In this document: piece after piece, positions 35,768-46,507 of the stretch
Numbering within the stretch: position 1 is the stretch's first letter
Layout: each line of letters begins with the position of its first letter
DNA from: an uncultured Verrucomicrobiota bacterium
Lineage (GTDB): Bacteria; Verrucomicrobiota; Verrucomicrobiia; Limisphaerales; UBA9464
Direction: 5' to 3'
Length of the DNA stretch: 64,000 nucleotides
NCBI GenBank assembly: GCA_903922605.1
Contig: CAIXUG010000086.1
Span: forward strand, 3,384-67,383
Program-made: the position numbers and the translations under genes
Notes under the pieces: model-generated
What the model was told of the DNA's origin: nothing
The model's input: the letters and a program-made list of their open reading frames with translations, nothing else
Databases searched by the model: none

Positions 35768-38343
35768 AGTGGCGGCTGAACATCATCCTGCTGACGGTCA
35801 CAACCGCCGCCCGGTTGCTCGCGGCTGATGCCACCAATCATTGGTCTTTCCAGCCGGTCGTCCGCCCTGCCCTGCCGATGGCGGTAGCTGGAACCATCAA
35901 TCCGATTGATCGGTTCATCCAGGCAAAGCTGGCCGAGCAGCATCTGACACCCGCGCCCGAAGCCGACCGGCGCACGCTGATCCGGCGCGTTTCGTTCGAC
36001 CTCATCGGCTTGCCGCCGACGCCGGAAGAGGCTGATGCCTTCGTCCGCGACCTACGACCGGACGCATACGAGCGGTTGGTGGACCGGTTGCTAGATTCGC
36101 CTCACTTTGGGGAACGCTGGGCGCGGCACTGGCTGGATGTGGTGCGTTTTGCGGAAACGCACGGGTTCGAGATGAACAATCCGCGGCCCAATGCGTGGCC
36201 CTATCGCGATTACGTTATCCGCGCCTTCAACGACGACAAACCTTACGACCAGTTCGTCCGCGAGCAGCTCGCTGGCGATGTTCTGGGGGCGGACGAGGCG
36301 ACGGGGTTTCTCGTCGCAGGCGCCTGGGATCAGGTGAAAAGCCCCGACGAAGTGCTGACCAAGAATCAACGGGCCGACGAACTGCACGACATGGTGAGCG
36401 TCACGGGCAGCGCCTTTCTCGGGCTGACCGTCGGGTGTGCGCGCTGCCACGATCACAAGTTCGACCCGATCCCGCAGCATGACTACTACGCGCTCAAGGC
36501 CGTCTTCGAGGGCGTGCAGCATGGGGAACGCGAGCGACGCGTGAATGAAAACGGAACCCGCGAGGACGAGCTGAAGCAGATCCGCTCGCGCCTCTCGGAA
36601 ATCGACTCGGCGCTCGTCCGCTTCGAGCCGCTGGCCCAGGTCGGAATGGTGGACACGAACCGCCTGCGCGCGCCCGTTCATCCTCGCCGCAACGTGGAAC
36701 GCTTTGCCCCGATTTTGGCGAAGCGACTGCGTTTCACCATTCTGGCCACGACCGGGGCGGAGCCCTGCGTCGACGAACTCGAGGCCTTCAGCGTCGGAGC
36801 CGGTGCCACGAATGTCGCGCTGGCAAGCTTCGGCACGAAAGCGACCGCTTCCGGCACCTATCCCAACTCCAACCTGCACCGGCTGGAACACCTCAATGAC
36901 GGGCGCTACGGCAACAGCCGAAGCTGGATTTCCAGCGAGAATGGCAAGGGCTGGGTCGAGCTGGAATTTCCGCAAAGTGTCCTTCTTGAACGTGTCGTCT
37001 GGGCCCGGGATCGCGAAGAGAAGTTCGGGGACCGGCTGGCCACGGAGTATCGCTTCGAAGTGGCTGACGAAGCGGGCGATTGGCGCACCGTTGCGTCCTC
37101 GGCGGACCGCCGGCCATTTCAACCAGGCCAGCCCTATGAGCCGGACCTTCGTTCACCCGATGCCACGATGGCCGAGGCGAGGCGGCTTCGCAGCCTGCTG
37201 GACGAGCAAAAGCAACTGACCGTGCGGATTCACGAATTGGCCGACCGGCCCATGGTTTATGCCGGAGATTTCCGGCAACCGGAAGTGACGCGCCGTTTCC
37301 AGCGCGGTGATCCCATGCAGCCGCGCGAAGAGGTGGCCCCGGGGGCGTTGACACGAATCGTGCGGTTAGGAGCTGCGGCCGATCAAAGCGTCCTGACTTC
37401 GACGGCCACGGAGGAGCAGCGGCGGCGATTGGCGCTCGCCGACTGGATCATCAGCCCGACCAACCCGCTGACGGCGCGCGTCATCGTGAACCGGCTGTGG
37501 CAGCATCATTTCGCGGAGGGGCTGGTCAGCACTCCCAGCGATTTCGGCGTGAACGGCGCCCGCCCGACGCATCCCGAGCTGCTCGACTGGCTGGCGGCGG
37601 AGCTGGTTTCCCACGGCTGGAGCCTCAAGCACATCCACCGCCTGATCGTGACCAGCGCCACGTACCGGCAGAGGTCGGTGATCAGTGAATCAGTAAACGG
37701 TGAATCAGTGATCAGTAAGACAGCCAACACGTCGCGCACCGCCAAACTGAAAACTGATTCACTGGTTACTGATTCACTGGCGCTACAGCGCGATGCAGGC
37801 AACCGACTCCTCTGGCGCTACCCCGCGCACCGGCTGGAGGCCGAACCAATTCGCGATGCGATGCTGGCAGTATCCGGCCGGCTCGATTTGCGCATGGGCG
37901 GACCCGGTTGGTCGCCCTTCGTGCCGAATGAGAACTATGTGCGCGTGTACGTGCCCAAGGACGACTATGGCCCCGATGATTTCCGCCGGATGATCTATGC
38001 CACCGTTGTGCGGCAGCGGCCCGATGGCGTGTTCGGCGCGTTCGACTGCCCCGATGGCGGACAGATCGCTCCCAAGCGTACCCGTAGCACCACGCCACTT
38101 CAGGCGCTCAACCTCCTGAACAGCGGTTTCATCCAGCAAGCTGCCAGCCTGTTTGCCGGACATCTATCTGCGAATGCCGGGGACGCTCCAGAGGCCCAGG
38201 CTCGGGAGGCGTTTCGGTTGGCCTTCCAGCGCGAACCGTCGGCCGATGAGCTGCAGGCCTCGGTCCGGTTCATCGGTGAAGAAAGCCTGTCGCTTTTCTG
38301 CCGCGCTTTGCTGAACAGCAACGAATTCGTCTTCGTCTTCTGA
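35764..38343 (+). CDS. DUF1549/DUF1553 (PSCyt2-PSD1) protein, copy C, with central discoidin (F5/8 type C)-like module
   Basis: Sec leader. [51 protein letters not shown]. Central [21 protein letters not shown]...[27 protein letters not shown]-terminal [11 protein letters not shown]. Confidence 0.9.
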   Translation: MKWRLNIILLTVTTAARLLAADATNHWSFQPVVRPALPMAVAGTINPIDRFIQAKLAEQHLTPAPEADRRTLIRRVSFDLIGLPPTPEEADAFVRDLRPDAYERLVDRLLDSPHFGERWARHWLDVVRFAETHGFEMNNPRPNAWPYRDYVIRAFNDDKPYDQFVREQLAGDVLGADEATGFLVAGAWDQVKSPDEVLTKNQRADELHDMVSVTGSAFLGLTVGCARCHDHKFDPIPQHDYYALKAVFEGVQHGERERRVNENGTREDELKQIRSRLSEIDSALVRFEPLAQVGMVDTNRLRAPVHPRRNVERFAPILAKRLRFTILATTGAEPCVDELEAFSVGAGATNVALASFGTKATASGTYPNSNLHRLEHLNDGRYGNSRSWISSENGKGWVELEFPQSVLLERVVWARDREEKFGDRLATEYRFEVADEAGDWRTVASSADRRPFQPGQPYEPDLRSPDATMAEARRLRSLLDEQKQLTVRIHELADRPMVYAGDFRQPEVTRRFQRGDPMQPREEVAPGALTRIVRLGAAADQSVLTSTATEEQRRRLALADWIISPTNPLTARVIVNRLWQHHFAEGLVSTPSDFGVNGARPTHPELLDWLAAELVSHGWSLKHIHRLIVTSATYRQRSVISESVNGESVISKTANTSRTAKLKTDSLVTDSLALQRDAGNRLLWRYPAHRLEAEPIRDAMLAVSGRLDLRMGGPGWSPFVPNENYVRVYVPKDDYGPDDFRRMIYATVVRQRPDGVFGAFDCPDGGQIAPKRTRSTTPLQALNLLNSGFIQQAASLFAGHLSANAGDAPEAQAREAFRLAFQREPSADELQASVRFIGEESLSLFCRALLNSNEFVFVF
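37675..37780. repeat. In-frame palindromic heptamer-lattice element, copy in DUF1553 gene C (best preserved)
   Basis: Arm 37683-37716 (cagtgaatcagtaaacggtgaatcagtgatcagt) versus the reverse complement of 37746-37779 (cagtgaatcagtaaccagtgaatcagttttcagt): 30/34 identical by hand alignment, 29-nt spacer. Confidence 0.85.
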
Positions 38344-38351
38344 CCGTCCTC

Positions 38352-39830
38352 ATGCCCGATCGCCCCCTTAGCAACGCCGGCCGCTGGCTTCTGAACCGCC
38401 GTGATTTTCTGCGTCATGGCGGCACCGGGCTGGGCGGCATTGCGCTGGCGACGCTGCTGGCCGAGCAGCGGTTGCTGGCAGCCAAGGAGCCGATCCGCCC
38501 CGACTGGTCACCTCAACAGCCAAACGCGCCCCGCCCGCCGCACTTCACGCCGAAAGCAAAGAACATCCTCGTGATCTTCTGTTCCGGGGCGCTGAGCCAT
38601 CTCGACACCTGGGATTACAAGCCCGAGCTGGTCCGTCGCCATGGCGAGCCGTTGCCGGGCAATGAGAAGCTCATCACTTTCCAGGGTGAACAGGGCGCGC
38701 TCACGCGGCCGCTCTGGGAGTTCCGTCCGCGTGGCCAGAGCGGCAAGATGATTTCCGATCTTCTGCCGAACCTCGCGGAACTGGCCGACGATCTGTGCTT
38801 CATCCATTCGATGACCGCCAAGTCCAACACACACGGCCCGGCGGAGAACCAGATGAGCACGGGCTTTACGCTCGACGGCTTTCCCAGCATGGGTGCTTGG
38901 GCGAGCTATGCGCTGGGCACCGAGAATCAGAATCTGCCAGCATTCGTGGCCATTCCTGATCCGCGGGGCGTGCCGCAGATGGGGCCGAACCACTGGAACT
39001 CCGCATTTCTGCCGGCGGTGTTTCAGGGGGTGGCTTTTAACGCAGACCAGCCCATCCCCAACCTCGCCACTCCCAAGGGCATCACGCCGCAGTCCGAACG
39101 CAGCACGCGCGACTTCCTACGGTTTCTCAACGACAAGCACCTGGAACAGCACCCCGGCGACACGGAGCTGAGCGCCCGCATCGCGAGCTATGAGCTGGCC
39201 GCCAGGATGCAACTGAGCGCGGCAGAGGTAGGCGATTTCACGAAGGAGTCGCCAGCCACGCTGGAGTCTTATGGCATGAGCGATGCGAATCCGCTGAAAT
39301 CGCGCTTTGCCAAGAATTGCGTGCTCGCACGGCGGTTGGTGGAACGTGGGGTGCGCTTCGTGCAGCTTTTCAACGGCAGTTACGCGATGGGAGAAGGTGT
39401 CGGCAACTGGGACGGGCACAAAACGCTCAAAGAGCAGTATAGTGTCCATGCGCCCATCCTCGACCAACCCGCTGCCGCCCTGCTGCGTGATCTGAAAGCG
39501 CGCGGCCTGATGGAGAGCACGCTGGTCGCCTTCGTGACCGAGTTTGGCCGGATGCCCACCTTCCAGAAAGGGGCTCAGGGTCGCGACCACAACCCGCACG
39601 GTTTCACCGTTTGGCTCACCGGTGCGGGCGTGAAGCAAGGCTTCAGTCACGGCGCCACGGATGACTTCGGCCACAAGGCAGTCACCGATGTCTGCACCAT
39701 CTATGACCTGCACGCGACCCTGTTGCACCTGCTCGGCCTGGATCATGAGCGGCTGACCTTTTATCACAACGGCACCGAGCGCCGCCTCACCGACGTGCAT
39801 GGTGAAGTAATTGACGATATCCTGGCGTAA
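38352..39830 (+). CDS. DUF1501 protein, TAT leader, copy C
   Basis: Leader [44 protein letters not shown]-terminus [16 protein letters not shown]. Confidence 0.9.
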   Translation: MPDRPLSNAGRWLLNRRDFLRHGGTGLGGIALATLLAEQRLLAAKEPIRPDWSPQQPNAPRPPHFTPKAKNILVIFCSGALSHLDTWDYKPELVRRHGEPLPGNEKLITFQGEQGALTRPLWEFRPRGQSGKMISDLLPNLAELADDLCFIHSMTAKSNTHGPAENQMSTGFTLDGFPSMGAWASYALGTENQNLPAFVAIPDPRGVPQMGPNHWNSAFLPAVFQGVAFNADQPIPNLATPKGITPQSERSTRDFLRFLNDKHLEQHPGDTELSARIASYELAARMQLSAAEVGDFTKESPATLESYGMSDANPLKSRFAKNCVLARRLVERGVRFVQLFNGSYAMGEGVGNWDGHKTLKEQYSVHAPILDQPAAALLRDLKARGLMESTLVAFVTEFGRMPTFQKGAQGRDHNPHGFTVWLTGAGVKQGFSHGATDDFGHKAVTDVCTIYDLHATLLHLLGLDHERLTFYHNGTERRLTDVHGEVIDDILA

Positions 39831-39956
39831 GCGATGGGTCCGACGGCGTTTGTTCCTGCGCCCTCAGGGCAACCACGCCAAACTTGTGTAAGGTCGGCAG
39901 GCTTAAACCGACCCATTTCACGTTGCACCGCTTTCTTCACTGAGTTTGCGTCCGTC

Positions 39957-41201
39957 ATGCCCGCCATGCGCGCCATTCGCCGCCGGTTGTCCCTATGGCT
40001 CTTTGCTGGAGTCGTCCTTATCGCCGTTTCCGCCTGGCTGCGTCCTCGTCTGCGTCAGGCCACGACCGTCAACACCGCTCTGGCGGCGGACAGTGTGGAC
40101 GATATGGCGTTGCGCGAGGCGACCGAAGGCCGTCCGTTGCCTTCGGAATTGGTCGAACGTTTTTGGGGTACGCAAAGGCTGCCTCATCGGCGGGCCGCCA
40201 TGAGTGCGCTGGTCTCCCGGGGCCCGGATGACACGGGGCTGGCAGGGCTATGGGATCGGCTGCTGCCGTCGGCGGCGCTGGATCCGGATTACGAGATCCG
40301 CTCACGCGCGTTGGGCGGGCTGCAATCCCCAGTCCATCCCGACCAGTTGGCTCCGGTCGTCTGGCAATTGGCCGATGCGGATCCCGAACTGCGTCAACTG
40401 GGTCTCCAGCATCTGCGCCGGTTGGGTGGGCTGGCACAGTCGCCGCTCGTGCTGCCATTGCTGAACGATCCGGATACTTCGGTGGCCTTGTACGCCGATT
40501 CGGTGCTCCGGCAGTGGAGCGGGCGAGATTCTGGCCTGCGGATGTCCCTTGTCCTGCCGGCACGATCGAGTCTGGTGGCCGAACCGGTTGCGCAGGAGAA
40601 AATGCTCGCCATCAGGCAAGCGTCGGAACAGTGGCGGGAATGGTGGCGCACACAGGAGAAATCTGCGGGCGTAGAAGGGGCCGTGCCTTCACCGCTTCCG
40701 CCGGCGACCCAAAGCCTCCCCTGCCCGCAAATCAAACTGCCGGACCTGCACGGGAACGTGGTGAATGTGGCCAGCCTTAAGGGCAAACTCGTGCTGCTGA
40801 ATTTCTGGACTACCTGGTGCCCAGGCTGCCTGGTCGAACTGCCGTTGCTCGTGGAATTGCAGCGGCGGCATCCGGACGACCTGGTGATCCTCGGAATCAG
40901 CCTCGATTCGCCGGAGCAGGGAGTGCTGGCGGATGCCCCGACGAAGGCGACTGAATCTGCTCCGCCAGATGCCGGTCAGGTCCGAAAGATAGTCGGAGCG
41001 GTCGCCGGCCGGCAGCACCTGAACTATCGAGTGCTCCTGGACCCGGAGAATCGGATCGGACGGCAGTTCAATGGCGGAGAACTGCCCACGAATGTGCTGT
41101 TGGACCGCGACGGGCGCGTGCGGCGGAGGTTCGTTGGCGAACGATCGGTGGAAGTTTGGGAAGCCCTTCTGCGCGACGCAGACCGACCGGCAAGTCGTTG
41201 A
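39957..41201 (+). CDS. Membrane-anchored HEAT-repeat + TlpA/ResA-type thioredoxin (thiol:disulfide oxidoreductase)
   Basis: From ATG 39957 (MPAMRAIRRRLSLWLFAGVVLIAVSAWL). HEAT-like repeats (DPDYEIRSRALGGL, DADPELRQLGLQHL, NDPDTSVALYADSVL). Redoxin core GKLVLLNFWTTWCPGCLVELP. Confidence 0.8.
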   Translation: MPAMRAIRRRLSLWLFAGVVLIAVSAWLRPRLRQATTVNTALAADSVDDMALREATEGRPLPSELVERFWGTQRLPHRRAAMSALVSRGPDDTGLAGLWDRLLPSAALDPDYEIRSRALGGLQSPVHPDQLAPVVWQLADADPELRQLGLQHLRRLGGLAQSPLVLPLLNDPDTSVALYADSVLRQWSGRDSGLRMSLVLPARSSLVAEPVAQEKMLAIRQASEQWREWWRTQEKSAGVEGAVPSPLPPATQSLPCPQIKLPDLHGNVVNVASLKGKLVLLNFWTTWCPGCLVELPLLVELQRRHPDDLVILGISLDSPEQGVLADAPTKATESAPPDAGQVRKIVGAVAGRQHLNYRVLLDPENRIGRQFNGGELPTNVLLDRDGRVRRRFVGERSVEVWEALLRDADRPASR

Positions 41202-41331
41202 GGTTGAAAGCGCCCGTGGGTGTTTGCGCGTCACCTACAGCTGCAGGCGCGGATTTTTCGAACCTTCGCCCAGTCAGGGGATGACGGGAGGGTTTGAAGC
41301 CGTTTACTTTCGACGCGTCATAGCCCCGTTC

Positions 41332-44136
41332 ATGCATCCGCATTTTAGCTCCCCCGCCCTTCGCTGGCTCAGGCCGGTTTGGGTGGCCGCTTGCTTCTGG
41401 CTGTTGGGAGTCAGGTTGCAGGGGGGCGAGGCGAAGTCGCGCATGGATGACTTCGACTGGTGGTCGCTGAGGCCCGTCCTACGACCGTCATTGCCCCATC
41501 TGCAGAATCCCGCTCTGGCCGCGCGTGTGCGCAATCCGGTTGACCGCTTCATTTTTGCGCGACTGGAGCATGAAGGTCTCACCCCTTCACCCGAAGCGGA
41601 TCGGCGCACATTGATCCGACGGCTTTACTTCGATCTGATCGGCCTGCCTCCCGCGCCGGAAGTGGCGGATACCTTCGTGAACGATCCGGCCAACGATGCT
41701 TATGAGAGGCTGGTTGACCGACTGCTGGAATCCCCGCAGTACGGGGAACGTTGGGCGCGTCACTGGCTCGACGTGGTGCATTACGGAGAGACGCACGGCT
41801 ACGACAAGGACCAGCCCCGGCCCAATGCCTGGCCCTATCGCGATTACGTCATCCGCGCGTTTAACTCGGACAAACCGTACTGGCGCTTTGTGCAGGAGCA
41901 GGTCGCCGGCGACGCGCTCTGGCCGGACACCACGGATGGCGTCACAGCGCTGGGCTTTATTGCGGCCGGCCCATGGGACTTCATCGGGCACGTCGAGGTT
42001 CCGGAGACCAAGACGGATGGCAAGATTGCCCGCCTGCTGGACCGTGACGACATGGTGGGAAACGTGATGAACACGTTTTGCAGCACCACCATCCAGTGTG
42101 CGCGGTGTCACAATCACAAGTTCGACCCGATCACGTCGGAAGATTATTACCGGCTGACCGCCGTGTTTGCGGCGCTGGACCGGGCGGACAAGCGCTTTGA
42201 CAGCGACCCGGTGGTCGCCCGCAATCGGGCTTCGCTCGAAACCCAGCAGCAGGCGCTAAAATCCAAGGTGAAAGAGCTGGAAAACAAGCTAACCGGAATG
42301 GGCGGACGACACTTGGAGCTGATTGACCACCTGCTTACCGACCTGCGTGCCGGTTCCAACCCCACCGCGCGGCCTGAGTTCGGCTGGCACAGCCAGATCG
42401 AAGCGCGACAGGATGCCGTCAAATGGGTCCAGATCGACTTGGGTGCTCCGATTCCGTTGGAACGGATCGTTTGCGCGGCCTGCCACGACGACTTCAACGG
42501 CATCGGCGACGGTTTTGGTTTCCCATTGCGCTTCCGCGTTGAAGCGTCGGATGACTCGACGTTCGTAACCGGCGTTTCACTGCTGGAAGATCAGACGAGT
42601 GCCGATGTACCCAACCCCGGTGTCACCCCGCGCGAACTGCGGGCGGCAGGAGTGCGGGCGCGCTATGTGCGCATCACCGCGACGAAGCTCGCGCCCCGGC
42701 AGAATGACTTCATTTTCGCGCTTGCCGAGCTTCAGGTCCTGGACGCCGATGGTCGCAATCTGGCGTTGGGAGCGGACGTGACGGCGAGCGATAGCATCGA
42801 AGCCGAACCCCGCTGGGGTCGGCGCAATCTGACAGACGGATATTTCTTCGGCTTCACCAAGACGGCGGTTGCACCGTCTCCCTCCCTGCTGGAGGCACAG
42901 AGAAAGGATCTGCTCGCGCATCTCACGGATGACGGCACGCGAGAAGGTTTGGAAGACACCCGGGCCGAGCTGAATCGAGTGGAGGCCAGCTTGGCCAAGC
43001 TGCCGCCCACGCAGGTTGTCTATGCTGGCACCATCCACCATGGCAGCGGGTCGTTTCGCGGCACGGGGCCGGACGGCGGCAGACCGCGCCCCATCTTCGT
43101 GCTGAACCGCGGCGACGTGAACAAGCCGACTACAGAGGTCACCGCAGGCACGGTGCGCTTCCTGGGCGACGACGGGGTTTTCGGGGTGCCCAACGACGCG
43201 CCCGAAAGCGCACGGCGAATCGCCCTGGCCAAGTGGCTGACCGATCCACGCAACCCGCTGACCTGGCGATCCATCGTGAACCGGGTCTGGGAGTACCACT
43301 TTGGCCGCGCGTTGGCGGACTCACCGAACGACTTCGGGCGCATGGGCCAGAAGCCGTCGCATCCCGAACTGCTGGACTGGCTGGCGGTGGAGTTTCGCGA
43401 TGGCGGCCAGTCCCTGAAGACGCTGCATCGACTGCTGGTGACAAGCAGCACCTACCGGCAGGTTTCAGTAATCAGTGATTCAGTGAACAGTAAGTCAGTG
43501 AAAAGCGGACGCTTGCCTGCCGAAGGACTGATTACTGATTCACTGATTACTGAATCACTGAACCCGGCTCAGCAGCGCGACGCTGACAACCGGCTGCTTT
43601 GGCGCATGAACCGGCGCAAGCTGGAAGCGGAGGCCATCCGGGACAGCGTGCTCTGGGTGGCGGGCAAACTGGACCCGGCCATGGGCGGTCCCAGTTTTCA
43701 GGATTTTGTGGTCGAACGGCCCGAGCATTCGCCTCACTACGAGTATCGCCTGCACGATCCTGAGAACCCGAAATCGCAACGTCGCTCCATCTATCGTTTC
43801 ATCGTGCGTTCCCAGCCGCAGCCGTTCATGAGCACGCTGGATTGCGCCGACCCCTCCATGACGGTGGATCGCCGGAACGAGACGCTGAACGCACTTCAGG
43901 CACTGGCCCTGCTTAACAACCAGCTCACCGTCGCCATGTCCCGGCATTTCGCGGAACGCGTGGAGACCAAGGATGGCTCCGCCGAAGCCGCCGTAACGCG
44001 TGCATTCCGGCTAGCACTCGCCCGTTCCCCCAGTGCGACCGAGCTCAACTCCCTTTCCGATTTTGCCCGCCAGAATGGCCTCATCAACACCTGCCGGGTG
44101 ATCCTGAACCTCAACGAATTTGCCTTTGTGGACTGA
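41332..44136 (+). CDS. DUF1549/DUF1553 (PSCyt2-PSD1) protein, copy D, with central discoidin-like module
   Basis: Start at ATG 41332 (or 41281) gives a hydrophobic leader. [51 protein letters not shown]. Central VKWVQIDLGAPIPLERIV...RYVRITATKLAPRQNDFIFALAELQV. C-terminal ILNLNEFAFVD. Confidence 0.85.
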   Translation: MHPHFSSPALRWLRPVWVAACFWLLGVRLQGGEAKSRMDDFDWWSLRPVLRPSLPHLQNPALAARVRNPVDRFIFARLEHEGLTPSPEADRRTLIRRLYFDLIGLPPAPEVADTFVNDPANDAYERLVDRLLESPQYGERWARHWLDVVHYGETHGYDKDQPRPNAWPYRDYVIRAFNSDKPYWRFVQEQVAGDALWPDTTDGVTALGFIAAGPWDFIGHVEVPETKTDGKIARLLDRDDMVGNVMNTFCSTTIQCARCHNHKFDPITSEDYYRLTAVFAALDRADKRFDSDPVVARNRASLETQQQALKSKVKELENKLTGMGGRHLELIDHLLTDLRAGSNPTARPEFGWHSQIEARQDAVKWVQIDLGAPIPLERIVCAACHDDFNGIGDGFGFPLRFRVEASDDSTFVTGVSLLEDQTSADVPNPGVTPRELRAAGVRARYVRITATKLAPRQNDFIFALAELQVLDADGRNLALGADVTASDSIEAEPRWGRRNLTDGYFFGFTKTAVAPSPSLLEAQRKDLLAHLTDDGTREGLEDTRAELNRVEASLAKLPPTQVVYAGTIHHGSGSFRGTGPDGGRPRPIFVLNRGDVNKPTTEVTAGTVRFLGDDGVFGVPNDAPESARRIALAKWLTDPRNPLTWRSIVNRVWEYHFGRALADSPNDFGRMGQKPSHPELLDWLAVEFRDGGQSLKTLHRLLVTSSTYRQVSVISDSVNSKSVKSGRLPAEGLITDSLITESLNPAQQRDADNRLLWRMNRRKLEAEAIRDSVLWVAGKLDPAMGGPSFQDFVVERPEHSPHYEYRLHDPENPKSQRRSIYRFIVRSQPQPFMSTLDCADPSMTVDRRNETLNALQALALLNNQLTVAMSRHFAERVETKDGSAEAAVTRAFRLALARSPSATELNSLSDFARQNGLINTCRVILNLNEFAFVD
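43465..43562. repeat. In-frame palindromic heptamer-lattice element, copy in DUF1553 gene D
   Basis: Left 43465-43491 (tcagtaatcagtgattcagtgaacagt) versus the reverse complement of 43527-43553 (tcagtaatcagtgaatcagtaatcagt): 24/27 identical in the best register found. Confidence 0.85.
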
Positions 44137-44164
44137 GCCGCAGGCTCGGCAGGAACACAACTCC

Positions 44165-45679
44165 ATGAGCAACTCATCACCCTGGCACCGCCGGCAGCCC
44201 TCAGCGCTCACTTCGCGCCGCGAGTTTCTTTGGCGCTCCGGAGGCGGCCTGGGCGGCATCGCCCTCGCCTCGTTGCTCGGTGGTCAGGGATTGCTCGCTA
44301 GCGACACAGGATCACCGGTCACGCCGAGTTCCAAGCCACCGCCGTTCCGGCCGAGGGCAAAGCGCGTCGTCCAATTCTTCATGGCGGGGGCGGCCAGCCA
44401 TGTGGACATGTGGGACCACAAGCCGCTCCTTGAAAAGCGGAACGGCGAAAAGTGGGATGCGGGCGAAAAGGTGGAGCTGTTTCAGGACGGCCTCGGCGCG
44501 ACCTTCGCCTCGCCTTGGAAATTCCGCCCCTACGGCCAGTGCGGCAAGATGCTGAGCGACATCGTGGCGCCGCTGGGAGCGGTGGTCGACGAGCTGGCGT
44601 TCATCCACAATCTGGTCGGCAAAACCGGGGTTCATTCGCAGGCGACTTTGCTGCAGGCCACGGGCTTCAACACGCCGGGTTTTCCGGGCATGGGCTGCTG
44701 GGTCAGCTATGGGCTCGGCACGGAGAACGAGAACCTCCCCACGTTCGTGGTCATGCCGGATTTGCGCGGGTTCCCCTCGAACGGCGCGAAGAACTGGGAT
44801 GCCGCGTTTCTGCCTGGCCAGCATCAGGGAACCATCGTGCGCGTCGGTGCGGCCAACCCGATCGAGGATCTGTTCCCTCCCGCCAAGGCGGAGTTCATCC
44901 GGCCCGCGTCGGAGGCCGCCAGCCATGATGTGCTCACGCAGCTCAACCGGTTGCACGCCGCCGACCGTCCGGGTGACTCGCGGTTGGAGGCGCGCATTCG
45001 CAGCTACGAGCTGGCTGCGCGCATGCAGTTGGCCGCACCCGAGGCGCTCGACCTGTCCCGGGAAACGGAGCGCGTGCGTGTCTTCTATGGCATCGACGAC
45101 ACCACGAAAAAGTGGCCCGCCGAAATCAACGTGCCCGAGGAAACCGACATCATGGGCCGCAAATGCCTGACCGCCCGCAGGCTGTTGGAACGCGGCGTTC
45201 GGTTCGTGCAGATCTGGTCCGGCAATGACAACAGCTTCCCCCGGCGCAACTGGGATTCGCACGAGGACATCGCGCGCGATCATGGGCCGCTGTCCCTCGG
45301 CATGGCGAAGCCGATTGCGGCGTTCATTCAGGATCTGAAACAACGCGGCCTCTTGGATGACACTATCATTCTTTGGACGACCGAGTTTGGCCGGATGCCC
45401 TGCGCGCAGGGCGGCAAGGGTCGCGACCATAATCCATTTGTGTTCACCAACTGGCTGTGCGGCGGCGGCATCCGGGGTGGCATCAGCCACGGTCCCAGCG
45501 ACGAGTGGGGCTACAAACCGCTGGACCGGGCGAACCCCACTCAGGTGTACGACATCCATGCCACGATTCTGCGCCTGCTGGGCATTGAGCACACAAAGCT
45601 CACCTTCCGGCACAACGGGGTGGATCGGCGGTTGACCGATGTTCACGGCGAGGTTATCAGCGAGATCATCTCCAGCTAG
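44165..45679 (+). CDS. DUF1501 protein, TAT leader, copy D
   Basis: From ATG 44165. Leader LTSRREFLWRSGGGLGG. AGAASHVDMWDHKP, WTTEFGRMP, GRDHN. C-terminus [17 protein letters not shown]. Confidence 0.9.
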   Translation: MSNSSPWHRRQPSALTSRREFLWRSGGGLGGIALASLLGGQGLLASDTGSPVTPSSKPPPFRPRAKRVVQFFMAGAASHVDMWDHKPLLEKRNGEKWDAGEKVELFQDGLGATFASPWKFRPYGQCGKMLSDIVAPLGAVVDELAFIHNLVGKTGVHSQATLLQATGFNTPGFPGMGCWVSYGLGTENENLPTFVVMPDLRGFPSNGAKNWDAAFLPGQHQGTIVRVGAANPIEDLFPPAKAEFIRPASEAASHDVLTQLNRLHAADRPGDSRLEARIRSYELAARMQLAAPEALDLSRETERVRVFYGIDDTTKKWPAEINVPEETDIMGRKCLTARRLLERGVRFVQIWSGNDNSFPRRNWDSHEDIARDHGPLSLGMAKPIAAFIQDLKQRGLLDDTIILWTTEFGRMPCAQGGKGRDHNPFVFTNWLCGGGIRGGISHGPSDEWGYKPLDRANPTQVYDIHATILRLLGIEHTKLTFRHNGVDRRLTDVHGEVISEIISS

Positions 45680-45688
45680 AAGCGGCCC

Positions 45689-46474
<786 letters not shown>

Positions 46475-46507
46475 GCACTCGACGGCGGATCGCTCCTGCT
46501 CAAACTC

